64,000 nt of DNA from an uncultured cyanobacterium (GCA_963793265.1 CAWBZI010000001.1:704001-768000); one strand, 5' to 3'. Positions 21,703-35,026 are shown, counted from the stretch's first letter. Made by a program: numbers and translations. The notes: generated from the sequence alone by a model not told the origin.

Positions 21703-24208
21703 TTAGAAGCTAAAGCCTCTGGGTGCTGGCTGAGCAGAGGGCACCACATGACGGTTGACAATGGCTTTGTTACTTTCTTGCTGAGTGGCCATATCAACCG
21801 CGATCGCAGCAATCTGCACATCCAAACAATCCATTGGCACCCGCAACTCAGTCGTCGCCTGCAAGTCGCCTAAAGCATCTGGTTTCAGACTCGTTAAAAG
21901 CTGAGGTTCAATCACCAGACTCCGACTCTGCCGGTCAATCATCCACAGCTTAATAAACGGCTTGTACACCGAAGGGCGAGTTCGCACCGTCACCGAAATC
22001 ATTTCTCCGGCAACCAAATCACCCATAGGCACACTAATCACGGGTAACACCATATCTGGCAGCTCTTCTTGATTAGCTGACTGAGGCGTACTGGCCGCTT
22101 GATTGGGACTACTCACAGTTTCAGAGACAGCGCTTCTACGACTGAGCCGATCTACAAGCGATCCGCCTGCTTGAAAAGAAGGAACAGAAGCGGACTGAGT
22201 GCACACTAGCTGAGCCTTCAGAACCTGGCTTATCGGCAGCGGGATAGGGTGTAGCAGGCTCATCGTATATGACCACTTCGTTACTCTGCAGGCCGTTTTG
22301 AGAAAAAGCAGGTGCAGTCGGCAGTGAAGACGACCGCTCTCGGCTCACACCGGCCTCTCGCATACTCTTTGCTAATTGGGTCGCTTCTCGGTGGCTGTCG
22401 TGAGTGAGCGATGAAAGCCTGTCCCAAAAATGATCTTTTAGCCGCAGTGACTGAAAATCGAAGTTAGGCTCTACCGGCTTGGCAGACGACTTACCGCTGG
22501 CAGATTTGCGATCAGAATACTGACTATCAGAGGATTTGTTGATAGATTGCTGACGACGGTTCGGCTCGGCTCCGTTTGCAAACAGACTATCGTCTTGGCG
22601 ATCTGAGCGGCTCGTGGATGGAGAGGGCGATCGCCTGACAGACTCAGTTTCTAAGCGACTTGGCAAAGCCGCTTCTATACCCGGCGGCTCCAACGTATCC
22701 AAATCAGACTCTTCTGAGCGTAAATCTTGATCGATATCCTCTAAAACAGCCGCAATTTCATCCGCTTCAAGGTCACTATCTTCAATGCTGGTTCCTAAGA
22801 ACTGAGCAGGTTGCGATACCAAAGGAACCCGCTGAATAGGGTACTCAACCGGTAGCGAAGCTGGCGGCGTAACTGGCGGAGCAGCAGGTGGTACCACTGG
22901 CGGCATCTCTGCGGTTACATCATTTGCAAGCTCAGCATCTATACTTTCAGCGTCTACGCCTTCAGGTTCATCAGCAACCGCGCTAGGTCCATCGCTCACT
23001 ATTAAGTTAGCGCGCTTGTCAGGAAAATTGGGCAGTTGGGGCTGAGCGCCTGCATTATGATCAGCATCCAAGCGAGAGGGCAGCACGACGCCTACAGCCG
23101 GAACTGCGTTTTGTTGAACAGGGCTTGGTAGCGGTGGGGCGATCGCCGGTTCGGCAGAGCCTTGTGGAAATAGTGAAACCTGAGTCGCTTTAGGCAGCAC
23201 GGCAATGTCTTCTTCAACGATGCTGGCAAACATATCGGCGTCTTGATTGGCGATCGCATCCAACAGTTGAGCAATGCCAGCGGTGATCGTAAACGCCGTA
23301 GAGGCTAAAACGTTGACCGTATCGCCAGGGTCTACAGCAGCCGTTCGTAAAGACACTTCGCCCAAAATAACGCGCGTGGTCACATCGGTAGGAAGCTGAA
23401 TTTGCACTTTAAAGTCGGCGGGCAGGCGAGCGAGGCTAAGCGGCCTATGCGCCTCCATAATGATCTGCGCTGTTTCTGGATTTTGCAGGCGAATCCAGAG
23501 CTGACTGGTATCTTCGGGCGCGATCTCGGTTAGCGAATTCACTTTGCCGACAATCGTCATCGGCAGGTTGTGCTGTGCTAAGTAAGCCTGCTGCCTGAGC
23601 GTAATCTGATAGCTTTCAGAACTGGTAGCATTACCAGCGCTATCAAAGGCAGCAAAAACAGGCGTCGCTGACTGAGCGCCGTTTCGGCTTTGCTTTTCTT
23701 GCAGGCGAGATTCCAACTCTGCTTGGGCCTGAAGCAGCGGTGAGTCTGGATTAAAATCTGACGCTAGCTCATCTGCGTCTTCATCTTCGATAATCACGCT
23801 GGCGGCTGACTCTGAATCTGAGGGTACCGGCCACTCCGCCGACCAGTCTTCTTCGGTATGCGCAAACACCTGGAGCTGCACGCTGTACTGCCAGCCGTCG
23901 CCCATCAGGTCATCCATGACATTAACGCTGCTGCACGTCAAATCCCACTGACCTGGCTTGAGATGAACGTAGGGCACCACCATCACTAGCCCAGAGTCAT
24001 TCGTTTGGGTGGTGCGGTTGCGGACGCGTTTGCGAGGCGGCAGCTCATCTGTAATGAGCTGGCTTACCTGAATTTCCATGGCGGTGTTTGCGCGATCGGT
24101 ATGAGCCACCACGCGATAACGGCCCTCTAAAATTTCTACCTGCTGAGTCTCTAGCGGTAGCCAGGTTTGATCGCCCTCTTTTTGGATCAAAAATTCCCAA
24201 TATTTCAT
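21703..24208 (-). pseudogene. Large hypothetical protein split by a frameshift near 22190-22260 (pseudogene or assembly indel)
   Basis: 690-aa ORF (WEFLIQKEGDQTWLPL...) ends in an atypical tail while an overlapping frame (21703-22263) continues with a folded-looking C-terminal domain. Confidence 0.7.
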
Positions 24209-24388
24209 GTCGCTCGCTTAGATGGCCGCACTGCACAAGGATGCTTTATATGCACCAAAGTATAAATGAAATCGTAGCAGGCGTATTCAAAGCGATCGCC
24301 CCTTTGTCACAATTCTCTCCTTTTTGCTCTATTTCTACCCTTTTTCTCGTAGAAATCACGCAGAGCCGAAGTATCCAATTTTCTCACA

Positions 24389-24577
24389 TCACTCCTGATA
24401 ATCCGTTTGAATATCTACTTCCAGGGTTTCTTCATTCACAGAGACATAGAGAATATTGGGCCGACAGCACACCTGACAGTCTTCGATATAGGACTGTGTG
24501 CTGCCTGCACTCAAATCGATAAACGTCGTGCTAGATTCGCCACAAAATGCGCAGGTATAGTCGGCTGTTGTTTGCAT
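24389..24577 (-). CDS. CPXCG-motif-type cysteine-rich small protein
   Basis: CAFCGE...DLSAG..QSYIEDCQVCCRPN. Confidence 0.85.
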   Translation of the reverse strand: MQTTADYTCAFCGESSTTFIDLSAGSTQSYIEDCQVCCRPNILYVSVNEETLEVDIQTDYQE

Positions 24578-24613
24578 AAATCCCAAAATATATTAATAGA
24601 ACCGACCAGTCCT

Positions 24614-24642
24614 GTAGGGGCATAGCACTGCTATGCCCCTAC
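24614..24642. repeat. GTAG-type REP-like perfect palindrome
   Basis: GTAGGGGCATAGCA-C-TGCTATGCCCCTAC. Confidence 0.75.
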
Positions 24643-24676
24643 CAGAACCACCGTCGTACTAGACGCTCGCATTCAC

Positions 24677-26335
<1,659 letters not shown>

Positions 26336-26351
26336 TTAGACATAGCCTAGT

Positions 26352-27173
26352 TTACGTCAGAATCTCAACCTCATCGCCTACATGAAGCGTTTTCAAGCCT
26401 TCCTCAGTTGGGTTCTCCTGTACTAAGTTTTGACCAAACCAGATAGCTTTATCCCAGGAGCGATAGGTGGCTAGCGTTTTGATCGGTTCTTGGCCGCGAT
26501 CGCCCGTCGCCTGATCTACCGTCGGAATTGAGCACCGCGCACACGGCTTTGAAACGCTAAAAATAGCCTCCCCAATACGAACTCTTTTCCAAGCATCCTC
26601 AGCGTGGGGCGTATCGCAGCCGCGAATCACCAGGTTTGGCCGAAAGCGATCCATCGAAACGGGCCGATCTAGCCTGCTGTTCAGCTCAGCTAAAGACGCT
26701 TCGGAAATCAGTAAATAAGGATAGGCATCGGCAAAGCTCACTAAATTATCAGCGCCTAAATCGCCGTGAGCGGTGGGCCTTTGCGCGGATTCGGGCATGT
26801 ATACGAGCTGGCAGGGCGTGCCCAAGAACTGGCTAAACCAGGCTTGGGCTTCAGAGCCTAAGTGGATAGATTGTGTGCGATCGCCCCAAACCTCCACCTC
26901 CTGTGCTGTCCCTTTGCCTACCCTCACAGACAGTCCCGGCATACCAGGAGCACTCAACCGAATCTGCTCGCCCAAATCAGCAGACGACTCCACTGCAACC
27001 AGCGCCAGCTTAGGAAACCGCCGTTGCGTCATAAAGCGCCCGTCAGGAGCCACCACCATACAGCGCCGGTCAAACTCAAGCCCGCGCGAGGTCATTCGGC
27101 TTTGCTGCAGGCTGATGCCCGCTGTCGATTTAATCGGATAGATATGGAGTTCGCTGAGGGTGATAGTTGCCAT
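26352..27173 (-). CDS. MOSC-domain protein (YcbX-like)
   Basis: IYPIKS, DRR, RFRPNLVI, KPCARC, FGQN. Confidence 0.92.
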   Translation of the reverse strand: MATITLSELHIYPIKSTAGISLQQSRMTSRGLEFDRRCMVVAPDGRFMTQRRFPKLALVAVESSADLGEQIRLSAPGMPGLSVRVGKGTAQEVEVWGDRTQSIHLGSEAQAWFSQFLGTPCQLVYMPESAQRPTAHGDLGADNLVSFADAYPYLLISEASLAELNSRLDRPVSMDRFRPNLVIRGCDTPHAEDAWKRVRIGEAIFSVSKPCARCSIPTVDQATGDRGQEPIKTLATYRSWDKAIWFGQNLVQENPTEEGLKTLHVGDEVEILT

Positions 27174-27335
27174 TTAAAAACCTGCGCAGGTGAACGCCTG
27201 AGAAGTTAGCCATAAGTTAGCTTTTTCTCGGCCCTTATCGTAGCCTTCCGAATCGTCTAATAGAGGCACAGAGCAGCAAACAAGCCGCTCTACACAACAA
27301 GTAAACCACTCTATTTAGGACACTTAGGTACTATC

Positions 27336-27698
27336 ATGAAAAACTTCGTTCTTTCTGCTTTCTCCATCGCACTTACCGTTAGTGCAGTTGCCGCTCCTAG
27401 CGCGCAGGCTTTTCCTCAAGGCGACTCTTCTTCCAGCATTCACACGCTTCGTCTTCGGGAAATGGATATCCGCAACAAATCTGAAGACGATCAGCTTTAT
27501 TACCCCTATACTCAAACGCCTGCTCAAACGCCTGCTCAATCAACAGAATGGACTAAGCCGGAGAGTGCAACCGTTGAGGGTGAAAGCGTTGTTGAGTCTG
27601 AGGCGATCGCACCTCAAGCAGATGAAGCGGCAACCGAAGAGGGTGCTTCAGCTACCTCGCTTACAGCGCGTCGTCTGCAAGTGTTAGATCGCAACTAA
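27336..27698 (+). CDS. Small secreted hypothetical protein
   Basis: Sec-type signal peptide ending AQA; acidic low-complexity body; terminator immediately after. Confidence 0.75.
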   Translation: MKNFVLSAFSIALTVSAVAAPSAQAFPQGDSSSSIHTLRLREMDIRNKSEDDQLYYPYTQTPAQTPAQSTEWTKPESATVEGESVVESEAIAPQADEAATEEGASATSLTARRLQVLDRN

Positions 27699-27716
27699 TC
27701 GCACAGGTAAAGCAAC

Positions 27717-27750
27717 GTAGCTGTTTAGCATCTATCGGCTAAACAGCTAC
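27717..27750. terminator. Hairpin terminator between convergent genes
   Basis: GTAGCTGTTTAGC / GCTAAACAGCTAC perfect 13-bp inverted repeat. Confidence 0.7.
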
Positions 27751-27756
27751 ATTTAT

Positions 27757-28623
27757 CTACGATATGACATTTTTCCCCATGCGCAGAGACTGTTTAATGA
27801 GCGCCAGACCTGCAATTCCAAGCAGAGCGATCGCACCCATCCAAGCCCAGTTTCCCCAAGCGCTCCAATCAATCTTATTCACCGCGCTATCCACCACCCA
27901 AACGCCCACTAATACAAAAATGCTAAACGTCATCTGAATAGTCCCTAGCGCCTTCAGCTCAATCGCCGTTGCCCCGCGCGAAAGTATCGCCGCACCCACC
28001 GCGCCCGTCAGAAAAATAGAGCTGTAAAGCTGAGAATGGAAGGCATCTAAAGGCCAAGTCCACCAGCTACCTACCGTTTCAGGCATAAGCAGAAGCCCTA
28101 GTCCATAGGCACTTAAAATTCCTGCCTGCAAGCCTAGTCCAACAGACCAAAGCTTAGGCAGGCGACGCAATCCTTCGTATGTCTGCTGCCGGTAGTAGCC
28201 CCAGTAGTAGCTAGCTGCTATGCAGTCAACCAAATACAGCCCAAACCAAATATCGGTCGCTTTTCGAGCAATAGTGAATTGTTGAAGCTGCAAGCACGAC
28301 ACCGTAAGCACAACGGTGGTAAACACCCACATCATCGGAATAATCAGGCGAGTCAGCGTTGCTCGCCTTGCTAGCACCATACTTAAAAGGCTCACTAGCG
28401 CGGTCAGATAAATAGCGCCTAAAAATCTTGCATTGAAAGGGGCAAGCGGCCAGAGCCAGCGAGGCTGTAATAGCTGAGGAAAGAAGAACAAACTACCGCC
28501 GACAATTACCAATAAAATTATTGAGATAGTGGCAAGTGTTAAAAGCAGAGGAGGCAGTAAGGACGTGCGATCTGAGGCAAGTGCACTGACTTTAGCAACG
28601 GGCGTTGTTGAGGCTTTTGTCAT
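27757..28623 (-). CDS. Hypothetical integral membrane protein (about 8 TM, internal two-fold repeat)
   Basis: Repeated motif LWPLAPFNARFLGAIYL / WTWPLDAFHSQLYSSIFL; hydrophobic segments. Confidence 0.8.
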   Translation of the reverse strand: MTKASTTPVAKVSALASDRTSLLPPLLLTLATISIILLVIVGGSLFFFPQLLQPRWLWPLAPFNARFLGAIYLTALVSLLSMVLARRATLTRLIIPMMWVFTTVVLTVSCLQLQQFTIARKATDIWFGLYLVDCIAASYYWGYYRQQTYEGLRRLPKLWSVGLGLQAGILSAYGLGLLLMPETVGSWWTWPLDAFHSQLYSSIFLTGAVGAAILSRGATAIELKALGTIQMTFSIFVLVGVWVVDSAVNKIDWSAWGNWAWMGAIALLGIAGLALIKQSLRMGKNVIS

Positions 28624-28637
28624 GACAATATCTCCAC

Positions 28638-31600
28638 TTAACGAGTAACTGCGCCTAACTGTTCTAGGGTTGATATTTCAGACGTAGTGAGTCCAATAAC
28701 ACCTGTAATATCCATTCCTTCGTAAGGTTCTTTGTTTTTAAGCGTTTTCAGGCAGTTTCCTGTTTCTACCGACCATAGCTTAATAGTTTTGTCGTCACTA
28801 CCGCTTGCTAGCTGCTGTCCGTTAGGGCTAAAGGCTACTGACCATACGCTGTTGGAGTGCCCAGTTAGCGCGTGCACCAGCTCGCCGCTGCTAGCGTCCC
28901 AAAGCCTTACCGTGTGGTCAGCACTGCCGCTAGCAATCCACCGCCCGTCGGGACTAATCGCTACCGACATTACCCAGTTTTCATGGCCTGTTAATATCTG
29001 TTGGCATTCACCGCTGCTAACGTTCCAAAGTCTGATGGTTTGATCGATACCGCTGCTGGCTAAAAAGTCTCCTTCAGGAGAAAAAGCAATACACCAAAGC
29101 CCGCTGGTGTGGCCCTGCCAAGTTTCTAAACACTCGCCTGTGCCTAAATCCCAAAGCTTGATGGTGCGATCGTACGAACCACTGGCCAAAAGATTTCGTT
29201 GGGGATGATACGCCACCGAACAAACCCAGTGTTCGTGCCCGGTTAGCGTTTGGCGGCATCGCTTTGTCTTAATGTCCCAAAGCTTGATGCTTTGATCGGC
29301 GCTGCCGCTCGCCAACGTGTTGCCTTTAGGATCAAAGGCCACTGACCAAATCGCCTTGGTGTGCCCGGCTAGCTGATACGTTGTGCGCGCATGAGTGATT
29401 CCAGTGGAAGTGTCCCACAAATTCACTTTGCCATCTTCGTTGCCACTGGCAACCCAGCGGTCATCTGGGCTAAAGGCTACTGACCAGATTGCTTTTTGCG
29501 CGCCTGATAGAGTTTCTAAAGGCGCTTGAGTGTTGGTATCCCATAGATGAACGAGGCGATCGCCCTGCCCGCTTGCCAGCGTTTTACCATCGGCACTAAA
29601 GGCCACAGACCACACCCAATTACTGCTGCCCTGCAACGATTTTAGACACCGGCCGCTGCTCAAATCCCACAGCCGCAGGGTTCTATCTTCACTACCGCTC
29701 GTAAGATAGCGGCCATCAGGACTAAAGGCCACTGACCACACCCAGTTGCTATGCCCTGTCAGCACTCGCAGGCACTGGCCCTTTTTCACGGCCCACAGCC
29801 GCACCGTCTGATCGGCGCTACCGCTCGCCAGCGTTTTGCCATCCGGGCTAAAGGCTACCATCCACACCCAGTTATGATGACCACTTAAAACCTGCTGACA
29901 GTCGCCGGTATCCATCGCCCACAGCCGCACTGTCTGATCGGCGCTACCGCTCGCCAGCGTTTTACCATCGGGGCTAAAAGCGATTGACCACACGCCATGC
30001 TCGTGACCTTTGAGCGATCGCACACACTCCCCAGTCCTCACATCCCACAGCCTTATCGTTCGATCGGCACTCGCACTGGCCAGCGTTTTACCATCTGGGC
30101 TAAAAGCCACTGACCACACACCATGCTTATGCCCCTCTAAGGTCTGCAAGCACTCGCCCGTCTTCACATCCCAAAGCTTTATTGTCCGATCCGCGCTACC
30201 ACTTGCCAGCAGCTTACCATCAGGGCTAAACACCACCGACATCACCCAGTTACCATGCCCTGCAAAGGTTTGTAGGCATTCGCTCGTCTCCACGTCCCAA
30301 AGCTTAATCATGCGGTCGGCGCTACCGCTGAGTAGGCGTTTGCCATCTGAGCTGAAGGCGATCGCGCACACCCAGTTTTCGTGCCCCTTCAGCGTAGAAA
30401 CATGCGTACCTATATCTCTAGAACCTCGCGCCGCCGACAGCGCCGTTTGCCAAAGCCAAATCTCGCAGTTCGTATCGCCAGTAGCCAGAATATTGCCTGC
30501 TGAATCGTCTCCCAGAGCAGATGCCGGGCTAAATGCCATCGTGCGAATGCTGCCGAAAGGCTGATTAAAAACAGAATTAGAGAGATCTGAACTGGCAAAG
30601 TTAACATCGTGTAAATTTAGACCCTGAAGGCAGGCTTGCCAAATGGTCAGTTCAGAGAAATCATAGCCCTGTAAGTCAACATTTAAATGTCGCAGAATGG
30701 CTAGAACATTACCGCCGATGTAGCCGCTCTCTGTTGCAGGCTGATTTCGCTCGCGGGCGAGACTTTCCATTAAAGTCGCTGCCAAAATATCAGCGTCAGG
30801 CTGCTCTACTAGCAGTCGGTTTATCACGGGCTGTAAAATCAGTCTTGTTTGAGCCTGAACAATATAGTCACTGCTGCTAGCTTTAACCAATGCATGAGAG
30901 TGAAACAGCTCTTTTTGACCAAAAGCTTCTCGGCAAAATCGTACGACTATTTCGCCTGTAAAATAGTCCATAATCACCGCTTGCTGAGTAATTTTAGACT
31001 TCTTTTTCTCTATGAGAGATCGACGTTCTAAAGAATCTATCGCCTGTAGAACCTCGTCCAGAGAGACTGTTTTAACTAAGTCGGCTTGAAGCGTTTGCCA
31101 GGTAACCGGCTCCCGATTGATCGCTAGCCAATACATTATCTCTTCTTCTAACGGCGTCAGGCGGCTAATCTGCCGCACAAGTAGCTGTTTGATATCACCC
31201 AGAACAAGAGACTCTTGCTGAACGGCTTCTAAAAAGTCACAGAGACTGCCGTCAAAATAGTCTCTCACAGCAGACGCAATCATTTTGAGCGCTAGCGGAT
31301 TACCGCTATAAGCCTGAATCAACGTCTCCCATTCACTCGCAGAGCCCTTAAACTCTGCGGTCGCTTGCAGCAGAGCGCGACCATCAGACTCGGGTAGCCC
31401 TGAAAGCTGAAAACATCGCGTAGGCAGCGTATCTCCTGACTGAATTTTGATCGCTTTAGGCAGTTCGCGGGTGGTAATAAGCAAACAGCTATTGTGTGAG
31501 GTTTCTCCGATGGTCTTAAACAGATGACCGTAGCCTTCGTAGCCTTCGCGGTAGGTACCGGCAGGATGCCGCCGCGAGGGTGAAGCCATTTCTTCAAAAA

Positions 31601-32264
31601 GAGATTCCACATTGTCCAACACAATCAGACAGCGGTGGTTACGCATACAGGTTACGAGCTGCCGTAGCTGCGCATCTGGTGTATCAGTAGCCTCAGTTCT
31701 CGGCAGGCTAATCTCGGGCTGCGCTTGAAAAAAAGTGAGCAGGTTCGTTGTTATTTCTTCTATGGGCGGTGCATTCTTTAAGCTTCGCCAAATCAAGTAG
31801 TCAAACTGATCTTCAATCGCATGAGCCAGCTTGGCGGTGAGCGTTGTTTTGCCCATGCCGCCAAGGCCGCAGAGCGCAACTAATCGGATGCGATCGCGGA
31901 CAATCCAGTCGTTTAGTGTCTTCAGCTCTGACTGGCGACCGTAAAATATTGAAACGTCTACGGCGTTGCCCCAGTCTTGGGGGGTTGGGGAGTTGGGGGC
32001 TTGGGGTTGAAGATGGGGTTGGGCTAGATCGGGTGAGGGGCGATCGCCCAAATCAGCGATATCTTCCCAGTCCAAATTAAGCGTTTCACATAGCTCTGTG
32101 AACGTCGCGAAATCGACCGGCTTGCCGCCTAAGAACTTTTTGACCGTCGCCAGCGAATATCCAGCCCGTTCAGATAGGGCGCGCTGGGTTTGAAAACCAT
32201 TTCGCTTAACCGAAGTTCGGATAGTATCAACACAGTTCGGATGGGCTTTGATCGAGCGGGGCAT
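28638..32264 (-). CDS. STAND protein: Xre-type HTH + NB-ARC NTPase + pentapeptide-like linker + about 14 WD40 repeats
   Basis: FYGRQSEL, Walker [11 protein letters not shown], Walker [15 protein letters not shown]; repeated [23 protein letters not shown]. Confidence 0.93.
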   Translation of the reverse strand: MPRSIKAHPNCVDTIRTSVKRNGFQTQRALSERAGYSLATVKKFLGGKPVDFATFTELCETLNLDWEDIADLGDRPSPDLAQPHLQPQAPNSPTPQDWGNAVDVSIFYGRQSELKTLNDWIVRDRIRLVALCGLGGMGKTTLTAKLAHAIEDQFDYLIWRSLKNAPPIEEITTNLLTFFQAQPEISLPRTEATDTPDAQLRQLVTCMRNHRCLIVLDNVESLFEEMASPSRRHPAGTYREGYEGYGHLFKTIGETSHNSCLLITTRELPKAIKIQSGDTLPTRCFQLSGLPESDGRALLQATAEFKGSASEWETLIQAYSGNPLALKMIASAVRDYFDGSLCDFLEAVQQESLVLGDIKQLLVRQISRLTPLEEEIMYWLAINREPVTWQTLQADLVKTVSLDEVLQAIDSLERRSLIEKKKSKITQQAVIMDYFTGEIVVRFCREAFGQKELFHSHALVKASSSDYIVQAQTRLILQPVINRLLVEQPDADILAATLMESLARERNQPATESGYIGGNVLAILRHLNVDLQGYDFSELTIWQACLQGLNLHDVNFASSDLSNSVFNQPFGSIRTMAFSPASALGDDSAGNILATGDTNCEIWLWQTALSAARGSRDIGTHVSTLKGHENWVCAIAFSSDGKRLLSGSADRMIKLWDVETSECLQTFAGHGNWVMSVVFSPDGKLLASGSADRTIKLWDVKTGECLQTLEGHKHGVWSVAFSPDGKTLASASADRTIRLWDVRTGECVRSLKGHEHGVWSIAFSPDGKTLASGSADQTVRLWAMDTGDCQQVLSGHHNWVWMVAFSPDGKTLASGSADQTVRLWAVKKGQCLRVLTGHSNWVWSVAFSPDGRYLTSGSEDRTLRLWDLSSGRCLKSLQGSSNWVWSVAFSADGKTLASGQGDRLVHLWDTNTQAPLETLSGAQKAIWSVAFSPDDRWVASGNEDGKVNLWDTSTGITHARTTYQLAGHTKAIWSVAFDPKGNTLASGSADQSIKLWDIKTKRCRQTLTGHEHWVCSVAYHPQRNLLASGSYDRTIKLWDLGTGECLETWQGHTSGLWCIAFSPEGDFLASSGIDQTIRLWNVSSGECQQILTGHENWVMSVAISPDGRWIASGSADHTVRLWDASSGELVHALTGHSNSVWSVAFSPNGQQLASGSDDKTIKLWSVETGNCLKTLKNKEPYEGMDITGVIGLTTSEISTLEQLGAVTR

Positions 32265-32368
32265 TGTTAGATCTCAGGCGTTAACTCAAGCTACGGTATC
32301 AAATACCACAGCATAGCGCAGCTACCCATTCATTAAACCAGTATCACGCGCTTATGGACGCCTGTTGA

Positions 32369-35026
32369 CTAATCAACCACGGCTCTGAAGCGAATAAGGC
32401 CGTACGAATTTGCCGGAACGCCTTCACCAGTTGCATTTGGAATATCGCTGAGGTCTATAACGATTGCGCCGTTGTCGTTGGGGCCACCGCAGTTGAGGGT
32501 AACACCAGGGAAGGCGGTGCTGGGGTCTACGCCTGTAGGGAAGTAGTAGCCGCCGACGCCATCGTCATTACCGGGTGTGTCTGTGATTTCGTCGCCATCG
32601 TTGACGTTGGTTAGGCCGATAGTAGCACCGTTGAAGTTGAGGAGAATGCCGCGATCACCCCCGCCTGTGAAAGGTGGTGTCAGATCGTTAAAGGCATCGG
32701 TAACGAAGGTGGTGTTGGGGGGAATGCGATCGCAAACCAACACATCCTGCGCCGCCACATCACCATCTGATAAGAATGGAATCGTGTACTCAATCACATC
32801 ACCAGGGGTCACTGTCGTACTGTTATCAGCACCATCTGCGAGCCCAGCGATAAAGCTCTCTACGGTACCGCCGCCAATCGTCGCCGCTGTTGGGGCCCCC
32901 GGCCAGTTCACCGCATTATCCGCGTCATCAGGGGCACCCACATCAACGTAGCTATTGTCAAAAGACTGTTCATTCGCCAGCCCCCGATTAATCGCTGTAA
33001 TTCTCTTTACCAGCAGTAAATTAGGATCGCTTAGCGGTGGCCGGTAGCCAAAGTCAGCATCGTTAAAGTCAATCGAGCCGACTGCTAGCGCTACTGGCAG
33101 CGTTTCGGTTGCTGTAGTCAGCGTCAAATCGGTCAACACATTATTCGTATCAGTCACGTTGATGATGTAGTTGCCAAAAATTAGCTCATCAAAGTCGTAG
33201 CCACCATTCGCGTCTGTTGTTCGCGTTGCCAGCACTGGCTCGCCTGGATCAATCACACCATCGCCATCTAAGTCCCACACCAAGTCAATCGTGACGTTCT
33301 CAATGCCATCTTCACCAGCATCTTGCACACCATCGCCATTCGTGTCATTCCACACAAAGTCGCCAATGCTTGAGGCACCCCGCACACACTCTGCTGCATC
33401 AAAAGAACTATGTGCGCCTAAAGGCCCTACCGTATCTCTTCGAGTGCCCGCTACTTCATTCAAGTCGTTGCCCGATCGCTGCACCTGAAACACATCGTTT
33501 GCACCCAAGGCCCACAGTCTCCCCTGCCCATCCTTTGCAAGCTGCGAGTTCGTCCCAAACGTCTCGTTTAGATCGATAAAGTCGCCGTTGTTCAGGTCGT
33601 AGCTCCAAAAGAACTCGCCGCCGTTACCGTTCGCGGTGATCACGCCCGTATTGTCAATGATGAAGTCGCCCCAGTTTGGGGTATTTGTTAGCGTGCCGTT
33701 TTGTACCAGCCCGTCGATCCCAATCGGCGTCACGCTATCGATCGTTAGCCCGTTCGAGCCCGGCACAAAATCGACCTTGAAGATCTCGAACACGCCGCCA
33801 TCTGAAATATCTGAGCCCTGATACACAGAGCCATTGAAGAAAGCCGCACCACCGCTGGATATGCTCGTTGGCACCGTGCCGCTGTTTATGTAGCTGTTGA
33901 AGTTGTTATCGACAATTACATGCGTATCTGTCAATGGGCTCCAGGCATAAAGCGTATTGCCATCGCCGTAGTACACCTGTCGGTTCACATGGTCGGTCGA
34001 TAGTCCATTCGCGGTCGCTAGCGCGTTATCACTTAGCTGCAAAGAAGCCCCGCTTTCAACGTGCACTGCAAATATCCGAGCGTTCTGCCCCGAATACACT
34101 AAGTTGTAGTCCGCCTCGCACACATTACTGTCGCCAACTGGTGGGAGCGTTGTTGCTAAGGCAATGGGCACGTCTTGGGTAGCACTGGCTTCTTGCCGAT
34201 GCAGCGTAGCATCACCGTTGTTAGGATCGCCTGCGGCTTCTGTTTCTGTTGCAGTCGTTGCAGGCACGTCTACAGCATCACCATCCTGGTTGTCCTGCGT
34301 GTAAACATCGCTGTTGGTTGCCCCACCGCTATAGGCTTGATTGCCTCGATTTCCCGCAGGCGTATCACCCAGTACAACCGTGACCGTATCACCGTCTAAC
34401 AGTCCAGCATTTGCCTTTACCGGTACGCGTACAGTGACCGTGCCGTTCGGTGCAATAGAGCCTTCTGGCAAGCCCAAAGCAGCTCCGGTTGTGACACCGC
34501 CTGTCGGCACGTCTTCAGGTGTTGGCAGCGTTGTTTCACTATTGCCGTCAGTGTCGTAAGCGAGAATTTGAATAGGGCCGCTGAGAGAGCCGTTTGTAAT
34601 CGTGGCATTGTCAGGGATGAAAAACTGAGTAGGGTCGTTACCGATATTGGCGATTTTGAAGGTGAAATACACCACGTCTTCGGTGTTAATCGTGCCGTCG
34701 CCCTGATTTGGCCCTGCGCCAGTGACGCCGCCAGGGGCTTCTGTAGCGCCCGCAGGTGTCACCGTAATGCCCGCAACTTCTAGTACCGTGACTTCAACAA
34801 TATTGGACTCAATGAGTTGAGTGCCGGTAGACGGGTCGGTAAAGCTGCCAGTGGCCTGGTTTTGGATGACGCTGCCAGGGGCCGGGCTGTTGGTGACTGC
34901 GAGCACTAAAGCCGCAGGGAATAAGGCACTCCCGGTTGCTAATACCGACAGCAACACCCTCTGCCAGCCAGTGAGAGAACTCTGGTTATGGGCCGGGTTA
35001 GAAGCGAAAGAAGCGTGCTGAGTCAT
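32369..35026 (-). CDS. Secreted DUF11-family fibre subunit: N-terminal donor strands, Ig, propeller-like region, SdrD B-like, incomplete C-terminal DUF11
   Basis: Signal peptide; PGSVIQNQATGSF..ESNIVEVTV; SIGDFVWNDTNGDGVQDAGE; LLVKRITAIN..PGDVIEYTI..VCDRIP..YGLIRFRAVVD*. Confidence 0.85.
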   Translation of the reverse strand: MTQHASFASNPAHNQSSLTGWQRVLLSVLATGSALFPAALVLAVTNSPAPGSVIQNQATGSFTDPSTGTQLIESNIVEVTVLEVAGITVTPAGATEAPGGVTGAGPNQGDGTINTEDVVYFTFKIANIGNDPTQFFIPDNATITNGSLSGPIQILAYDTDGNSETTLPTPEDVPTGGVTTGAALGLPEGSIAPNGTVTVRVPVKANAGLLDGDTVTVVLGDTPAGNRGNQAYSGGATNSDVYTQDNQDGDAVDVPATTATETEAAGDPNNGDATLHRQEASATQDVPIALATTLPPVGDSNVCEADYNLVYSGQNARIFAVHVESGASLQLSDNALATANGLSTDHVNRQVYYGDGNTLYAWSPLTDTHVIVDNNFNSYINSGTVPTSISSGGAAFFNGSVYQGSDISDGGVFEIFKVDFVPGSNGLTIDSVTPIGIDGLVQNGTLTNTPNWGDFIIDNTGVITANGNGGEFFWSYDLNNGDFIDLNETFGTNSQLAKDGQGRLWALGANDVFQVQRSGNDLNEVAGTRRDTVGPLGAHSSFDAAECVRGASSIGDFVWNDTNGDGVQDAGEDGIENVTIDLVWDLDGDGVIDPGEPVLATRTTDANGGYDFDELIFGNYIINVTDTNNVLTDLTLTTATETLPVALAVGSIDFNDADFGYRPPLSDPNLLLVKRITAINRGLANEQSFDNSYVDVGAPDDADNAVNWPGAPTAATIGGGTVESFIAGLADGADNSTTVTPGDVIEYTIPFLSDGDVAAQDVLVCDRIPPNTTFVTDAFNDLTPPFTGGGDRGILLNFNGATIGLTNVNDGDEITDTPGNDDGVGGYYFPTGVDPSTAFPGVTLNCGGPNDNGAIVIDLSDIPNATGEGVPANSYGLIRFRAVVD

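Noticed and set aside
28700..30500. Regularly spaced repeats suggestive of a CRISPR array
   Set aside because: 126-bp in-frame WD40 coding repeats; no repeat-spacer structure or cas genes
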